Positions 1-12,835 of a stretch of 64,000 nucleotides of DNA are shown in pieces; within the stretch, counting starts at the first letter, position 1, and every line of letters starts with the position of its first letter. A program made the translations under genes and the position numbers. The notes under the pieces were generated by a model. That model was not told the origin of the DNA. It ran no database searches and worked only from the letters and a program-made list of their open reading frames with translations. This stretch comes from Octopus sinensis (taxonomy: Eukaryota), in NCBI RefSeq assembly GCF_006345805.1, contig NC_043002.1, positions 18,352,001 through 18,416,000 on the forward strand. The letters run 5' to 3'.

Positions 1-32
<32 letters not shown>

Positions 33-45
33 ATATATATATGTA

Positions 46-86
<41 letters not shown>

Positions 87-133
87 ATATATATATGTGC
101 GTGTATATATATATGTACATATATACATATATG

Positions 134-213
<80 letters not shown>

Positions 214-288
214 AAAACTGTCTGATGAACGGCAACGAGAAACTCAGAGTAACAGATTTTGTTGAATTTTCTGCTGCTTAAAATAAAG

Positions 289-368
<80 letters not shown>
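1..368. repeat. (TA)n/(TG)n microsatellite tracts flanking a short unique insert (212-290)
   Basis: Direct reading; source of the spurious YI/CV-rich ORFs. Confidence 0.95.
214..260 (+). ncRNA. Minimal type-I hammerhead ribozyme motif (PLE/retrozyme type), stem II base degenerate
   Basis: CTGT-CTGATGA-ACG GCAA CGA-GAAA-CTC A GAG-TA^ACAG: stem I CTGT/ACAG, near-palindromic stem III, GUA triplet. Confidence 0.75.
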
Positions 369-370
<2 letters not shown>

Positions 371-705
371 GTTAATGAATGCAAACTAGCCTCCGGGAAA
401 CGTTTAACATTTCAAAAGAATGTGTTGTATTGCATTAGATGTGGTCTCAGCGTTAGAGATTTTTAATGAGATGGCAACCATTTATCTAATTAGAGTGCGT
501 GCATCAACGGTAGGCCAAGAGCAATGCGTTCAGACAGTTTTGTGTCTTGTCAAAATCAAATCATTGCAATACATTACCAATTATGGAATGAATTATTCGA
601 CTCATGGCCGCCATCATGAATTTGTGTGAAATCGAAGAAAAATCGATTGCTGACTTGTGAATGTATAATCAAAGTTATGCAATTAGGAATGAGTAATTAA
701 GAAAT

Positions 706-1070
<365 letters not shown>

Positions 1071-1671
1071 CGCTTTCTAGATCAGAAGGCACATACCCAT
1101 GGTGCCACTTACCCAAAAACACTGACGATGAAGCCACATGTTTACAAAGTGAGCTGCTAACCCCCCATTACATTTAACAGAGTTTTGATTTCTACCAGAT
1201 CAAACAATTTCGGCGCGTTATGTCGTTTGTTAAAATACATTTTGGCTTTTGTACCGATTTCTTGCGATTTAAATTCAAATCGCACCTCTGCTTTCAACCA
1301 TTTGGGGTCTAACAAAAAGGACCAATTCAAAGCGGTGGATTGGCAGAAATATTACAACGCTGGAGATGATGCCTTGTGGTGTTTATTCCGGCTCCTTTAA
1401 TTCAATGGTGACCTGCAAAACACATTCCTAGAATCCAGTAAAACGAAATTTAGAAGTCACTCTTAATCTTAACCTTTGCCTTGCAAAACTTCACACGCAT
1501 ACGCACGCATACACATACCTACTTTCACACATACATACATCTTTTATCTTTTACTTGTTTCAGTCATTGGACTGCTACAGAACCTTCTCGAAGGTTTTAG
1601 TCGAACAAATCAATCCCAGAAGTTATATTATTTTTAACATTTGATAGATGTTTGTCCTCATCTTGTTTGTT

Positions 1672-1718
1672 GTTAAAACGTTTCGGCTGACATACCCTCC
1701 AGCCTTCATAAGTGTCTT
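1672..1718 (-). ncRNA. Degenerate hammerhead motif (left-arm copy)
   Basis: rc: GACAC-TTATGA-A-GGCTG..CAGCC-GAAACGTT. Confidence 0.55.
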
Positions 1719-1771
1719 GAGTAAATTTCGAACCTGGTTTCACATTCCTATGGTATTTTTCGATGTTATTG

Positions 1772-1827
<56 letters not shown>

Positions 1828-1990
1828 GAGTGAGAGAGCAGTGCATATTATTATTATTATTATTCAGGTCACTGCCTGGAATCGAACTCGGAACCTTGGG
1901 GTTAGTAGCTCGCGCTCTTAACCACTACTCCATATGCCCGTGGGCATATGGCGTAGTGGTAATGAGAATCCAGATTCGAAATTTCCCCCA

Positions 1991-2040
1991 AGATACCTGA
2001 AGAAGGATGGAGGGTATATCAGCCGAAACGTTGTGTGTTA
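1991..2040 (+). ncRNA. Type-I hammerhead motif (right-arm copy)
   Basis: GATAC-CTGAAGA-A-GGATG..CAGCC-GAAACGTT^GTGT; palindromic stem III; the other arm restores stem II to GGCTG/CAGCC. Confidence 0.7.
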
Positions 2041-2419
2041 ACAACAAACAAGATGAGGACAAATATCCGTCAAATGTAAATAATGTAAATAATGTACATA
2101 ATTCCTCATCTCTTAAATATAGAACTATGTTTTTTTTTAAGTTTCATTCTTATTTTGTCGAAATCTTTTGCCGAATCGCTAAGTTTCGAAGACGTAAACA
2201 CAACATCACCAGCTATCAAGCTGTGATGGAGGACAAATCCACACACAAAACTTCACATACATATACGTACGTATACATATACACGATGGGCCTCCTTCAC
2301 ATTCCTTTTAACAAATCCACAGTGTGGGATTGAACCCGAAACCTTGTAGTTGGCAGGTAAACTTCTTACCACATAGCCTCTGTGGTCTAAATTATGCGGA
2401 GAGGAAAATAACACTGACG

Positions 2420-3220
2420 TCTCATTTTAACAAATATATTTACCAACATTACATAAAAATATCTTGAAATACGAAAGAGTAAACTTATTCAATAAAATCA
2501 CCATTGGCTTCAACCACGGCTTCCAGACTACCTTGGAATCTCCTGTGACTCTTCTGGACAGTCTCCTTGTTTAAGTTGGTGAATGTTGCCATAATCCTTG
2601 CCTTCAGTACATCTTTGGTGTTACAGGGAGTTTTGTTGGTCTCAACTGCGCCCCACACATAATAATCAACAGGGTTGCAGTCTGGGGAGTTAGGTGGCCA
2701 GATGTGTTAGGAGTGATGTGGTTTCAGAAATTGTCTGACAGCCATGATTTGATTCTCTTGATTGTGTAGCGTGGTGCAGAGTCCTGTTGCTAGATATAGG
2801 GTCTCCAACAGCCACCGTCTTGACCCAGGGCAGCACTACCTCCTCCGGGCACTTGATTTAGGCCTCCGTGTTGAGTCTGAGGCGTGTGGGAAAATGAATG
2901 GAAGCATAACGTCGCCATCACTAGTGATCAGTACCATTATATTGACTGGATGTCTGATTTTTATATTTCTCGTTACATGTCCTCAGATTGATACCCAATT
3001 ACTCTGAAATATTCGTACTGGCGCTTCCGGCGCGAATGCCAAGCAGTACAGCATATCATTTCCAAATTTCTGGCAGAGTAAATTGCGTCATGATACTGTT
3101 TTTTCTTATAGACAGTGCCCAACTGACCCTACCATACTGTGTCGTCGACAAAATTCAAAAACAATATGCATGCACGAAATTAAAGATATAAAATGGTGAC
3201 AACTTACCCATCGCACTCTG
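2420..3220 (-). mobile_element. Tc1/mariner superfamily (maT/DD37D-like) transposon remnant, internally deleted
   Basis: Minus-strand WPPNSPDCNPVDYYVWGAVE and KHPVNIMV..TSDGDVM motifs; terminus CAGAGTGCGATGGGTAAGTTG at a TA; second copy at 37093. Confidence 0.8.
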
Positions 3221-4589
3221 TATATATGTATGTATGTATGATGTATGTATGTATGTATGTATGTATGTATGTATGTATGTATGTAGGTATGTATGTATGT
3301 ACATATTACAGCTGTCCCCTACAGGACATTGTAAGTATATACGTTCATGCGTACATGCATATATGAATACATAATGCACATGTACCTAAATACAAACAAA
3401 CATACATACTTAAGTCTCCATTTATCCAGGCAGCACAATTCTTACTCTTGACGCCATTCCCCACGAAACCTTTACAAAATAATACAAGCAAAGATTCCCT
3501 TCCGAGATTCATTTACTAAATGGATTTAAAAATTTTTGTCCTCTTTAAACAACACCAACAACCACATTACTCTGTTAGCACTTAAGGCCATACATAAGGA
3601 AGTCAATTTTTTTCTCATTTTGTTAACCCGAGGCTAATACTTCAACATTGCACGGTATAGCTACTTTATGTAGTAATGGCTGCATTAGGAATTGTAAGAC
3701 CAACCGACTGCTCTTCACCACTTAGCTGATAGAAACTATTATTTTTCTCTTTCCACTGAATTAAGATGGTCTTTGAAAGTATGTAACACTCACTATGGTA
3801 CTGGTTAATGTAATTTCACACCTTATATTTAGACAAACATATTTAAACATAGTACTTTGTATAGTAAAATATTTATATATGTTGTCGTGTTTACAAATGG
3901 TGGTTCGAGTCCCACTGGGGACCAGCCAAATGCTATTATTTGTAGATTTATCTATTTCAGGTTCCATCGTTAAACTCGATATATCTATATATTTTTATTG
4001 TTATTCAGCTGTACTTCAGCTCTAATTAACAAAAGCCTTCTCTAACAACAAATTCACAAAAGCCTTCTCTAACGACTATCTTTTCTTTCCCTTTAACTTG
4101 GTACATCATCCAGTGTGCTTTCCTTTATATAACTGTAAATTAAAGTTTTCCCGCAATATCAATTAATACATTATTCACCATTTCCTGTGTATGGGAGAGA
4201 ATGAATTTTGTTTAGTCATATGACAAACGGACACACGTCATTGAAAATACATTTAGAAGGTCGAAACGCCTCTGTTACTCTTGTGACTGACTTGCGAGGT
4301 GATGCTGGCATCGTTCCATTGTATATGTCTTTTTTTTAACATACATCTATAAAGATACGTTTCCTCAGACAAAATTCATCACGCCATTCAATGATATATA
4401 CACGTCAAGTATTGTACACGGTTGTCAGTTCCAGTTTTCATCTTTTTATTTATTTCATTTAAAACGTACAAAGTCTGTTTAATAATTTCCCAAAAATGCC
4501 TTACTCATTTTCAAGTCTGTTGGTTGATTGGCTGGTTGGTTGGTTGGTTGGTTGGTTGGTTGGTTGGTTGAGATCTGCAGTCAGGATTT

Positions 4590-5081
4590 CAATCATATAT
4601 AGAGAGGGGAAGGGACATTGAAATAGCAATACAGTGAGGGTTAGTATAAGCGGTGAAAGGTGAGTCGTATAACTTCATAAACAATACACATTTTTTTATG
4701 AAATTTAGGAGAGTTAGTTTTCGATGGTATAAATTGCGATTATGTTGACTAAATTTAGAAAAATAACATATATTTATAGCAATTATGCAAATGAGAAATT
4801 TATTTCATTTAAATTTATTTCAAGGTAATAAATGTTTTATACTTTTCAAAATTAGTGTCCATGTTAACATTTTGTAAAAACGCCAAGAAATTTGAAAAAA
4901 TATAATCATTATACATATAGGCGTAGGAGTGGCTGTGTGGTAAGTAGCTTGCTTACCAACCACGTGGTTCCGGATTCAGTCCCACTGCGTGGCACCTTGG
5001 GCAAGTGTCTTCTACTATAGCCTCGGGCCGACCAAAGCCTTGTGAGTGGATTTGGTGGACGGAAACTGAAAGAAGCCCGTC

Positions 5082-5138
<57 letters not shown>

Positions 5139-5440
5139 TATGTATGTGTGTGTATGTGTTTGTGTGTCTGCGTTTGTCCCCCAACATCGCTTGGCAACCG
5201 ATGCTGTGTTGTGTTTACGTCCCCGTAACTTAGCGGTTCGGCAAAAGAGACCGATAGAATAAGTACTAGGCTTACAGAGAATAAGTCCTGGGGGCGATTT
5301 GCTCGACTAAAGGCGGTGCTCCAGCATGGCAGCAGTCAAATGACTGAAACAAGTAAATGAGTAAACAGAGAGAGTATACCATATTTTCTGATATGTATGT
5401 GCCTAAAGCTATATGTCATATGACGGGTAACACTCCGTTG
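4590..5440 (+). mobile_element. Degenerate Helitron-like non-autonomous element (same family as 22549-23028), split by a SINE
   Basis: 4785-4912 and 5376-5435 align with 22820-23025, including the terminal ...ATGAC(G/A)GGTAACACT. Confidence 0.5.
4920..5374 (+). mobile_element. tRNA-derived SINE family B with internal (TA)n microsatellite
   Basis: A box TGGCTGTGTGG, B-box-like GATTCAGTCCC, CCTTGGGCAAGTG, tail TGACTGAAACAAGTAAA; 7 copies in the window. Confidence 0.9.
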
Positions 5441-7199
5441 GGTGTATATTTAATGTTTCTTTGGCAGTCAGCATGTAATGAAGTTATTGTTATTATTATT
5501 GTTTTTATTGTTATTATTGTTGTTGTTGTTTAACACCAGGTCATCTTTTATGAATTAAAAGCTATGAGGAAAAACATTCTACCCGTGACTGACACTGTCC
5601 TATCTTTTCTTTATATATAGAATATCAAGAACCGCATAATCTGTGTCTTTTATGTTTTTAGGATGGTAAAGTGTGATTTGAAACAGATGAAATTAGAATT
5701 TCTTGCAGATCGAGTAACCACGTAGAGACCCCCTCATTGGTTCGATATTTATGCGTGAATATTGAATAATTTATCAATAGGCAGTGGATCGTGCAGTATT
5801 TTTGAAAAGTGGATACGTAAAAAAAAAACTTTTAAAATGTGAAAATTTATGTTCATTTTTTAGGACATAGTGTTAAAGCAATTCTATCTTGGCTTATCAT
5901 TCATCATTTAAGACTATCTCGTTCACTATTTTCTGTTTTCTTTTCTTTAGGTCTTTGCGTTTTTAACAAATAATTTTTATGAACACGAATACACTACAAG
6001 TCAAATGCTATGACATATCAATAATACTAAAAACAGGATTTAAAAAAAAAAATTACAAGGTGTTCACAATTCTTTAATAATCTTATGAAACGTTTCTCGT
6101 ATACAAATTTTTACAAGAATAAAACAGCGAAGTCCAGTTTTCGCGTTCCGAATTATCACAAAAGCCATTCTAAATTGCATTTGTTGTACATTTGTATAAA
6201 GAACTATATTTTAAAGAAGAAGCCATCTTTATTCTCATAGAAAATGGCTGACATATAGAGAAAAAAAAAATAAAGTAAAATTTTCTGTTAACGCTTACGT
6301 AAGTAACCATTCGTATGCAACTTCTAATAAATCAAGTGTAATGCTGCTGAAACAAGACCTTGGGATATGGAAATTTAGCGCCTTCGTTAAACAATATATT
6401 CCTCGTCAGATGCCTTGCAAAATGTCGTATTTTTCATATCTCTTGACACGAGGTTTTGCTATTGTATTATTCATCGGTCAGGATTTCTTATCTGAAAAAT
6501 AACCGCTAATAGATATGTCATAGCATCTCCTATTTTGTTGTTGTCAATATCGTTTCTAAAAATTTGTCATGAGCTTGTTCTCTTGCCTGCAGCGACTGTC
6601 TTGTTGTCGTTGTTGTTGTATTGAACTTGTCTTGTTATTATTATTGAAACAGCCTTTCCTGTTTACAGAGCCATGTAAAATAATGAGTCATTTTGTTACT
6701 GGCTGAAAGAATTTATAATGATTGAGATATTTTTCCAGTCTTTTAGGACACCAACAGAGAGATGGGAAGTAAAGAGGAAATTATCTTCTACCTGGATACT
6801 TATTTTGAATGTTCGTAACAGAACGAACGCCACTAAAACATTAGATGGTTGAGTGGTGGTGTTAAACAGGCAACGGGATTAATTCGACAATCCAACAGAA
6901 GAAAAGATGCCTCCGAGGAGCTTCCCACTTGTTCCGTTTACTAAATATTCTTCACAATAGGTTGATCCTGTATTATAGCAGAAAAAAACTATTTGTTCAA
7001 GTCATCTGCAGTGGAATTGAACTCGAAGTCACGTAGTTGCATAGTGAAGTACTTAAGCTCACATCCATGCTTAAATTGATCCCTGGATACACCTGTGACC
7101 TACGTGGCTTCAACATATTTAAGCCGTCATGTACTCTCTCAGGAAGCTTCAATAAGGTTTCACGCTAAAAGAAGTTCCGATATTTCAATATTACTATAA

Positions 7200-7560
7200 T
7201 CCAGTATTGTCTACTTCGAATGTTGCTGGACGAGTACCAACTACAAGTCGACCATTCAAAGATTCACTCAATTCGCCTCTTCTATTTACTCATATCGTAT
7301 TTGATACTACTTCGGCTCGTACCAGCAGCTATGACTAAAGCTTCCATCCTTAATGTCAGTCCCCCGGAAAGCTATCCCTGCCCGTGTTTTCTTGCAGTCG
7401 TCCATTTTCAAGTGTTCTAAACGAACATCAATCGAATCGAACTCACTTGCTTGGAAAGCTGATGGAGGCCATGGACAAGCATCCTTACTCCAGATCAAAT
7501 ATTTTAAAAGAACACAAAAATTTTCCTGCTCAGTAAGTAGAGCGTTTACATTTCTTTGAA
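7200..7560 (+). pseudogene. Possible highly decayed RTE-like LINE fragment
   Basis: Only weak motif resemblance (TKASILNV, YPC); not decisive. Confidence 0.25.
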
Positions 7561-8479
7561 GCGCTAGATCGACTACCATTACGACGTTAATTCTGTTCAA
7601 ACAGAGATGACTAGACATACTTAACTGTAAGTACAAAATCTACTTAAGTCATTGATTATTTTTTACTATGGAGCATTAGCCTTCAAATACCTCAAATAAT
7701 TAGTTATCTTTTATGTGATAAGCCAATTAAAAATGATTTCAGCTAATGAAAATGCTACCAGAATTTAGAATATAATAAACGTATTGTTGTGCTTGCTTCG
7801 TTGTCTACTTTGAAAATTCTAACAACAGACGTTTTATAATGGTTTATATATTTATTATAGAACTTTGTTGGTAATAAATATTGTTTATGATTCATGAATG
7901 TGCAATATGGATTTATATTGCAGTATATCGCTTCCGTCTTGTTTCTCTCATTCGTAATAGTGGTTGCTTCTTTTAAATAATTATTTAGTGGCACATCAAA
8001 AGGCTAAATTTAAAAACCTTTAGCAAACTTGTTCATAGAGGAAATTTCTATTGTATATTCTTTTAACTGTTCTTGTTGCTTTGCCAATATTTTGTAGTAG
8101 CAAAACTTGGAGAACAGAATAAACAAATTGCATTCTGAAAGTTAGAATCTGAACATCTACAGCAGTTCTGTATGTGTTCATGTATATTTGTGTGTGTGTC
8201 TGTGCATGTATGTATAGAAAGAGAGGTGTGAGGGAGGAAGGAGGATATTCAATCGGTGAGATCCAGAGATTCTCAATATAGAAAACACATAGTAGTGCTC
8301 AAAATGATTTGAACTTACATTCCAAAATCTTTACCGAGGATTACGTCCGTAGGGTAAACAAGTGGCTATAAGAGAAATCCAATTGAGCTGATATGGAGAC
8401 AATGACGCACATAAGCAGGCTTCAGTTTGATATACAAAATATACATATATAAACTCATGTAAATATATATAGGGATATA

Positions 8480-8920
8480 GAGAGAGAAACAAAAACTGAA
8501 AAATATTGGGATGAACACTCATGTATAAGCATATAGATATTTATATATTTACAAAATAAATTTAAATGGAATACAAAAAATACTGAAAACTAAGAGGACA
8601 AGGTATGGTACTTTAAGTCCGCCAGCTGTTTCAGGAGGCTCAGAATTGCGTAATAGTTGTAATATCCATAAATGGAATATGTAAAAGTCAAGGATATGCA
8701 ATCAGTGGAGGTTGCACATAAAGATAACAGTAATGCTAGCCTCCTTCGTTAGAGTTGAAAGATCAGCAAAATAAGGGACTTAGAATACGATCTCCTCTTC
8801 ATTTAGTTTTCAGTACTTTGTGTACTACAAGTTAATTTATTCTGTAAATATATAAGTATCTATATGCCTATACATAAATGTTCATCTTCGGAAATCATTC
8901 AGTTTTTGCATCTCTCTCTC
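8480..8920. repeat. Imperfect inverted repeat (8480-8620 / 8775-8920) enclosing a hammerhead, next to (TC)n/(TA)n
   Basis: e.g. TACTGAAAACTAA / TTAGTTTTCAGTA and ATGTATAAGCATATAGATA / TATCTATATGCCTATACAT. Confidence 0.85.
8616..8757 (-). ncRNA. Degenerate hammerhead with ~115-nt stem II domain
   Basis: rc: CTAACGA-AGGAGGCT...AGCCTCCT-GAAA-CAGCTG-GC; perfect 8-bp stem II base; two core substitutions. Confidence 0.55.
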
Positions 8921-8943
8921 TCTCCCTCACTCACTCCCTCTCA

Positions 8944-9021
<78 letters not shown>

Positions 9022-9036
9022 AGTATGTATATGTTT

Positions 9037-9079
9037 GTATATTTTGTATATTAAACCTTGGACTCTTTATTTACATCAC

Positions 9080-9120
<41 letters not shown>

Positions 9121-9151
9121 TATACATATATATTATATATATATATGTGTG

Positions 9152-9183
<32 letters not shown>

Positions 9184-9234
9184 TATGTTGTATATTTTGT
9201 ATATTAAACCTTAGACTCTTTATTTACATCACTA

Positions 9235-9302
<68 letters not shown>

Positions 9303-9358
9303 ATGTTTGTATATTTTGTATATTAAACCTTAGACTCTTTATTTACATCACTATATAT
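9037..9358 (+). repeat. Three tandem ~50-bp units separated by (TA)n/(TATG)n
   Basis: GTATATTTTGTATATTAAACCTT(A/G)GACTCTTTATTTACATCACTATATA at ~9037, 9190, 9308. Confidence 0.9.
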
Positions 9359-9419
9359 AATATATATATATATATATACATACATGGAATAGTTATTATG
9401 AGGTATTGTGTAGAATATA

Positions 9420-9777
9420 TTGTATAAAGAGTCGTGGGTAAGACCAGGGCAATGCGAAGTAAAATGAAGGCAAATCACAAGAAAACAAATATATGAATCA
9501 ATATGCATTCAATATTTCGGGGTTATGACTCAATAACAGAAGGGTGCTACAGGAAGCTAGCTGGTTGCTATAGCAACAACTTTCCGGGCATGTCCGCTCC
9601 ACACACACACTCACACACACGCACATCTGCAATATTCGTTAATTTCTTGAGAATGGGGTCATAACCCTGAAATATTGAATGCAAGGTAAGTTTACATTAA
9701 TTCATATATTTGTTTTCTTGTGATTTGTCTTGCTTTTACTTCGCATTGTTCTTGCCTTACCCATGATCCTTTATGCA

Positions 9778-9778
<1 letters not shown>
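9420..9778. repeat. Inverted repeat (9420-9532 / 9655-9778) between (TA)n and (TACA)n
   Basis: CAAATCACAAGAAAACAAATATATGAAT / ATTCATATATTTGTTTTCTTGTGATTTG. Confidence 0.9.
9643..9680 (+). ncRNA. Type-I hammerhead, U3-A8 variant
   Basis: TTC-TTGAGAA-T-GGGG TCATAA CCC(T/C)-GAAATATT^GAA; palindromic stem III AATATT. Confidence 0.6.
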
Positions 9779-9810
<32 letters not shown>

Positions 9811-9824
9811 CATACATACATACA

Positions 9825-9856
<32 letters not shown>

Positions 9857-10820
9857 GATATAGATATAGATATATACGTGCCGTTACCTTTTCGACAGTT
9901 ATTACAAGGGAAATAATCATTTCTTCATAATATTTGGCAGGATTAGAAATTTCAATTTGACATTAAGGAATTAAGGATTATAAATGCAAATATATACATA
10001 CACAAGCATACATATATGTACGAGTGTACGTGAGTGTGTAAATGTGTGTGTGCGTGTGTTTGTGTGTGTGTGTGTTTATATGTGTCTATACAGTTTGTTT
10101 GACTTTGACTCCTCATACCTCCGCTTTTCTCGCCTCTCATCTCTCTCAGCTGGACTTCTACAAACATTTCCCTCTCTTAATCCTTGATATACTTCTGATT
10201 CTTCAAACGCTCAAGTAACCTTTCTAACTAAGAAGTTTTCGATTATATCACTTCCAGTATCAGAGTCATCTATTTCAATTCACCTCCAGCTTCCGACATT
10301 ATCACCTACTTTAATACATTACCTTTAAAGCCTACCACTCTTCTTGGCTCTCACAATTATTGCGTAGTGAAGCCGCCTCAGAGCATCAGCTAGTGTCAAC
10401 CCTTACACGCACCCATGACAGACATACAGAGACTCTAAACAACATTGACCTCATTCTCTTCCAAAAGCAAACTCTACAAGATCTTTAACTACTCTACATA
10501 TATCGATTCTTTCAAACATTATCATATCTCGAATTTCTACCAAGCATATACATACTACGCTACGCTCCAGCCTCCTGGATACCCAGCTGACTGGTCGGAA
10601 TTTCGCGAGTTTTATGATAATTACCACAGGTAGCACATAGTTCAGTTCTTATCCATCAATAACTACTAGACGGGTAACCGAAACCATAGTTTTATAGATG
10701 AACCCAACCCACCCAATATTCAAATATACAAGCAAAACTCACAGCCCTTAAGCCCTGGATTATTTATAGCTGAATAGCAGTAGATCGATCAAAATGTAGA
10801 GACAAAAACCTATAGAGAAA

Positions 10821-11052
10821 AGGCGGGGAACTGGCAGAAACGTTAGCGTGCCGGGCGAAATGCTTAGCGGTATTTCGTCGGGCTTTACTTTCTGAGTTCA
10901 AATTCCGCCGAGGTCGACTTTGCCTTTCATCCTTTCGAGGTCGATAAATTAAGTACCAGTTTGGCACTGGGGTCGATCTAATCGACTTAATCCCTTTGTC
11001 TGTCCTTGTTTGTCCTCTCTGTGTTTAGCCCCTTGAGGGCAATAAAGAAATA
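10821..11052 (+). mobile_element. tRNA-SINE family A with ~18-bp TSD
   Basis: GAGTTCAAATTCC B box; GCCTTTCATCCTTTCG..GTCGATAAATTAAGTACC central domain (resembles Meta-type); TSD AAAAACCTATAGAGAAAA. Confidence 0.9.
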
Positions 11053-11556
11053 AAAAACCTATAGAGAAAATCATTCATCCACTTCAAGCTGTACGATTTT
11101 TTAACAATAATACAACTTCTACAACATCTGAACTGTGATGAATGCTTCCATTCATCGCATTCATGGAACAGTACTAAGTGTCCGACTCCGGACCTGTGAT
11201 ACAACAATGGCCGCACTGCTGAAGTGATTTTCGATACTCGGTTGTGTAGGATGGGGCCCACGGTGCGCATGGAGGTCACGAGCCGACTGTAGGTGCAGAT
11301 CTAAACACTAGCAAATCATTTTGTCAGCCACACAGTGCACGTTAGCTAAATAACCTCCCTAACTGACCCTTTCCAGTCAAACAGTATTATCACGATACAC
11401 ATATGCGTATACACTAAATAAAAAAAGTACTTCCAACCGCTTTAAACCATCGTGTCCAGCAGTCCTAATATTGCCCCTTCCATTATCCTCAAGCAATGCA
11501 CCATTATACTCACCAACATTTGCAATTTCTCTCCTTCTCATCTCTCTCCATTTCTT

Positions 11557-11596
<40 letters not shown>

Positions 11597-12440
11597 GAGT
11601 ATATATCCCCCACTTTATAAACAGGCAACAACGTTCCATTCCAAGAAAGACAGCCCATCCGATCCTACCAAATACGTCTTATGTCACTTCCAGTATTGCG
11701 AAGGTGACGGAGATAATCATTAATAAACCTACTTCTCCAAACCTTTAATTTCCTCCTTCTAAATCTATTGAAGACCTGTCCAAGTGTATCCTACCTTCAA
11801 TAAATTTGATAAAAGCCGTGTTTTTATCCTCAGAATCAGAAAATATTTTCGACACTGTCTTGCGCATGAGTCAACGAACCAAATTTATCGGGCTATGAAC
11901 AACATTCAACCTTTCTCTTCGAGTCAAATCTTCCCATGAAATCGCAATATTTCGGTGTATATAGATGGAGAGCTCTCCGACCTACACTCTGACAACTCAG
12001 ATTCAGTTTTGTCTCTCACTTCCTTCCATGCATCAACTACCTGCTCGTTAATATGTCTAACAACGCTCATTTTTATGCAAATGTTACCATTGCTCATTTC
12101 TTTCTCCCTGACCTAACGCATCCAGCCTCGTCTATGTACAACCGAGATATCTCACGAAAAATTTACATTGATTCCATGAAGATGGACCTAGAAAAGTACT
12201 TCCACTGAAATCATGTCATTTCTTTGCTTCTTCAACGGCAAAAAATAAACAAATACACTCACCCTGCATATGTCAAACAAGCATTATTGCACCTCAGCGC
12301 GAAATTAGAATCTTTATCATTGCTTCAAATGCTAAGCTTCAATATATTAAGTATTTATTTTGAGGATCAAATATCCTCAACCTAGCGAAGACTATGTATT
12401 TACAATACTTTTCAGAAGCAATAAGTTCTTCATCTCCCGT

Positions 12441-12835
12441 TAATAATCCCTTCTCTTAAAGGCACAAGGCCTGAAATTTAGTGGGAGGGGACTAGTCGAT
12501 TACATCGACCCCAGTGTTTCACTGGTACTTAATTTGTCGACATCGAAAGGCTACAAGGCGAAGTCGACCACGGCGGAATTTGAACTCAGAACATAACGGC
12601 AGGTGAAATACCTATTTCTTTACTACCCACAAGGGGCTAAACACACAGGGTTGCAAACAAGAACAGACACACGGATTAAGTCGATTACATCGACCCCAGT
12701 GCGTAACTGGTACTTAATTTGTCGACTTCGAAAGAATGAAGGCGAAGTCGACCACGGCTGAATTTGAACTCAAAACGTAACGGCGGGTGAAATACCGCTA
12801 AGCACTTAATTGATTTTGCCAGCTCGTCTCCCCCA
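12441..12835 (-). mobile_element. Family-A SINE dimer
   Basis: Two consecutive family-A bodies. Confidence 0.85.

Larger units (their letters stand above)
1647..2126. mobile_element. Head-to-head inverted element: tRNA-derived head + (AAT)n + hammerhead-bearing tail
   Basis: 1647-1755 is the reverse complement of ~1961-2070; palindrome centre CATATGCCC-GT-GGGCATATG at ~1940; A and B boxes on the minus strand at 1864-1939. Confidence 0.75.
1540..2380 (-). mobile_element. Old family-B tRNA-SINE split by the 1647-2126 hammerhead element
   Basis: Tail TTTTACTTGTTTCAGTCA at ~1550 and head (TGAACCCGAAACC...CTTACCAC) at ~2330-2375 match the 4920 SINE. Confidence 0.7.

Noticed and set aside
19-281. 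YI/CV/HT-rich ORFs here and throughout the track
   Set aside because: Translations of stop-poor microsatellites
1864-1939. Functional tRNA gene (also the SINE heads at 27396 and 33729)
   Set aside because: Acceptor and T stems are mispaired and the sequences continue into repeat bodies; tRNA-derived only
6370-6415. Minus-strand CTGACGA...GAAGGCGCTA as a hammerhead
   Set aside because: No stem I or stem II, and the GAAA is broken
9037-9358. CRISPR-like repeat-spacer array
   Set aside because: Eukaryotic context, spacers are microsatellites, no cas genes
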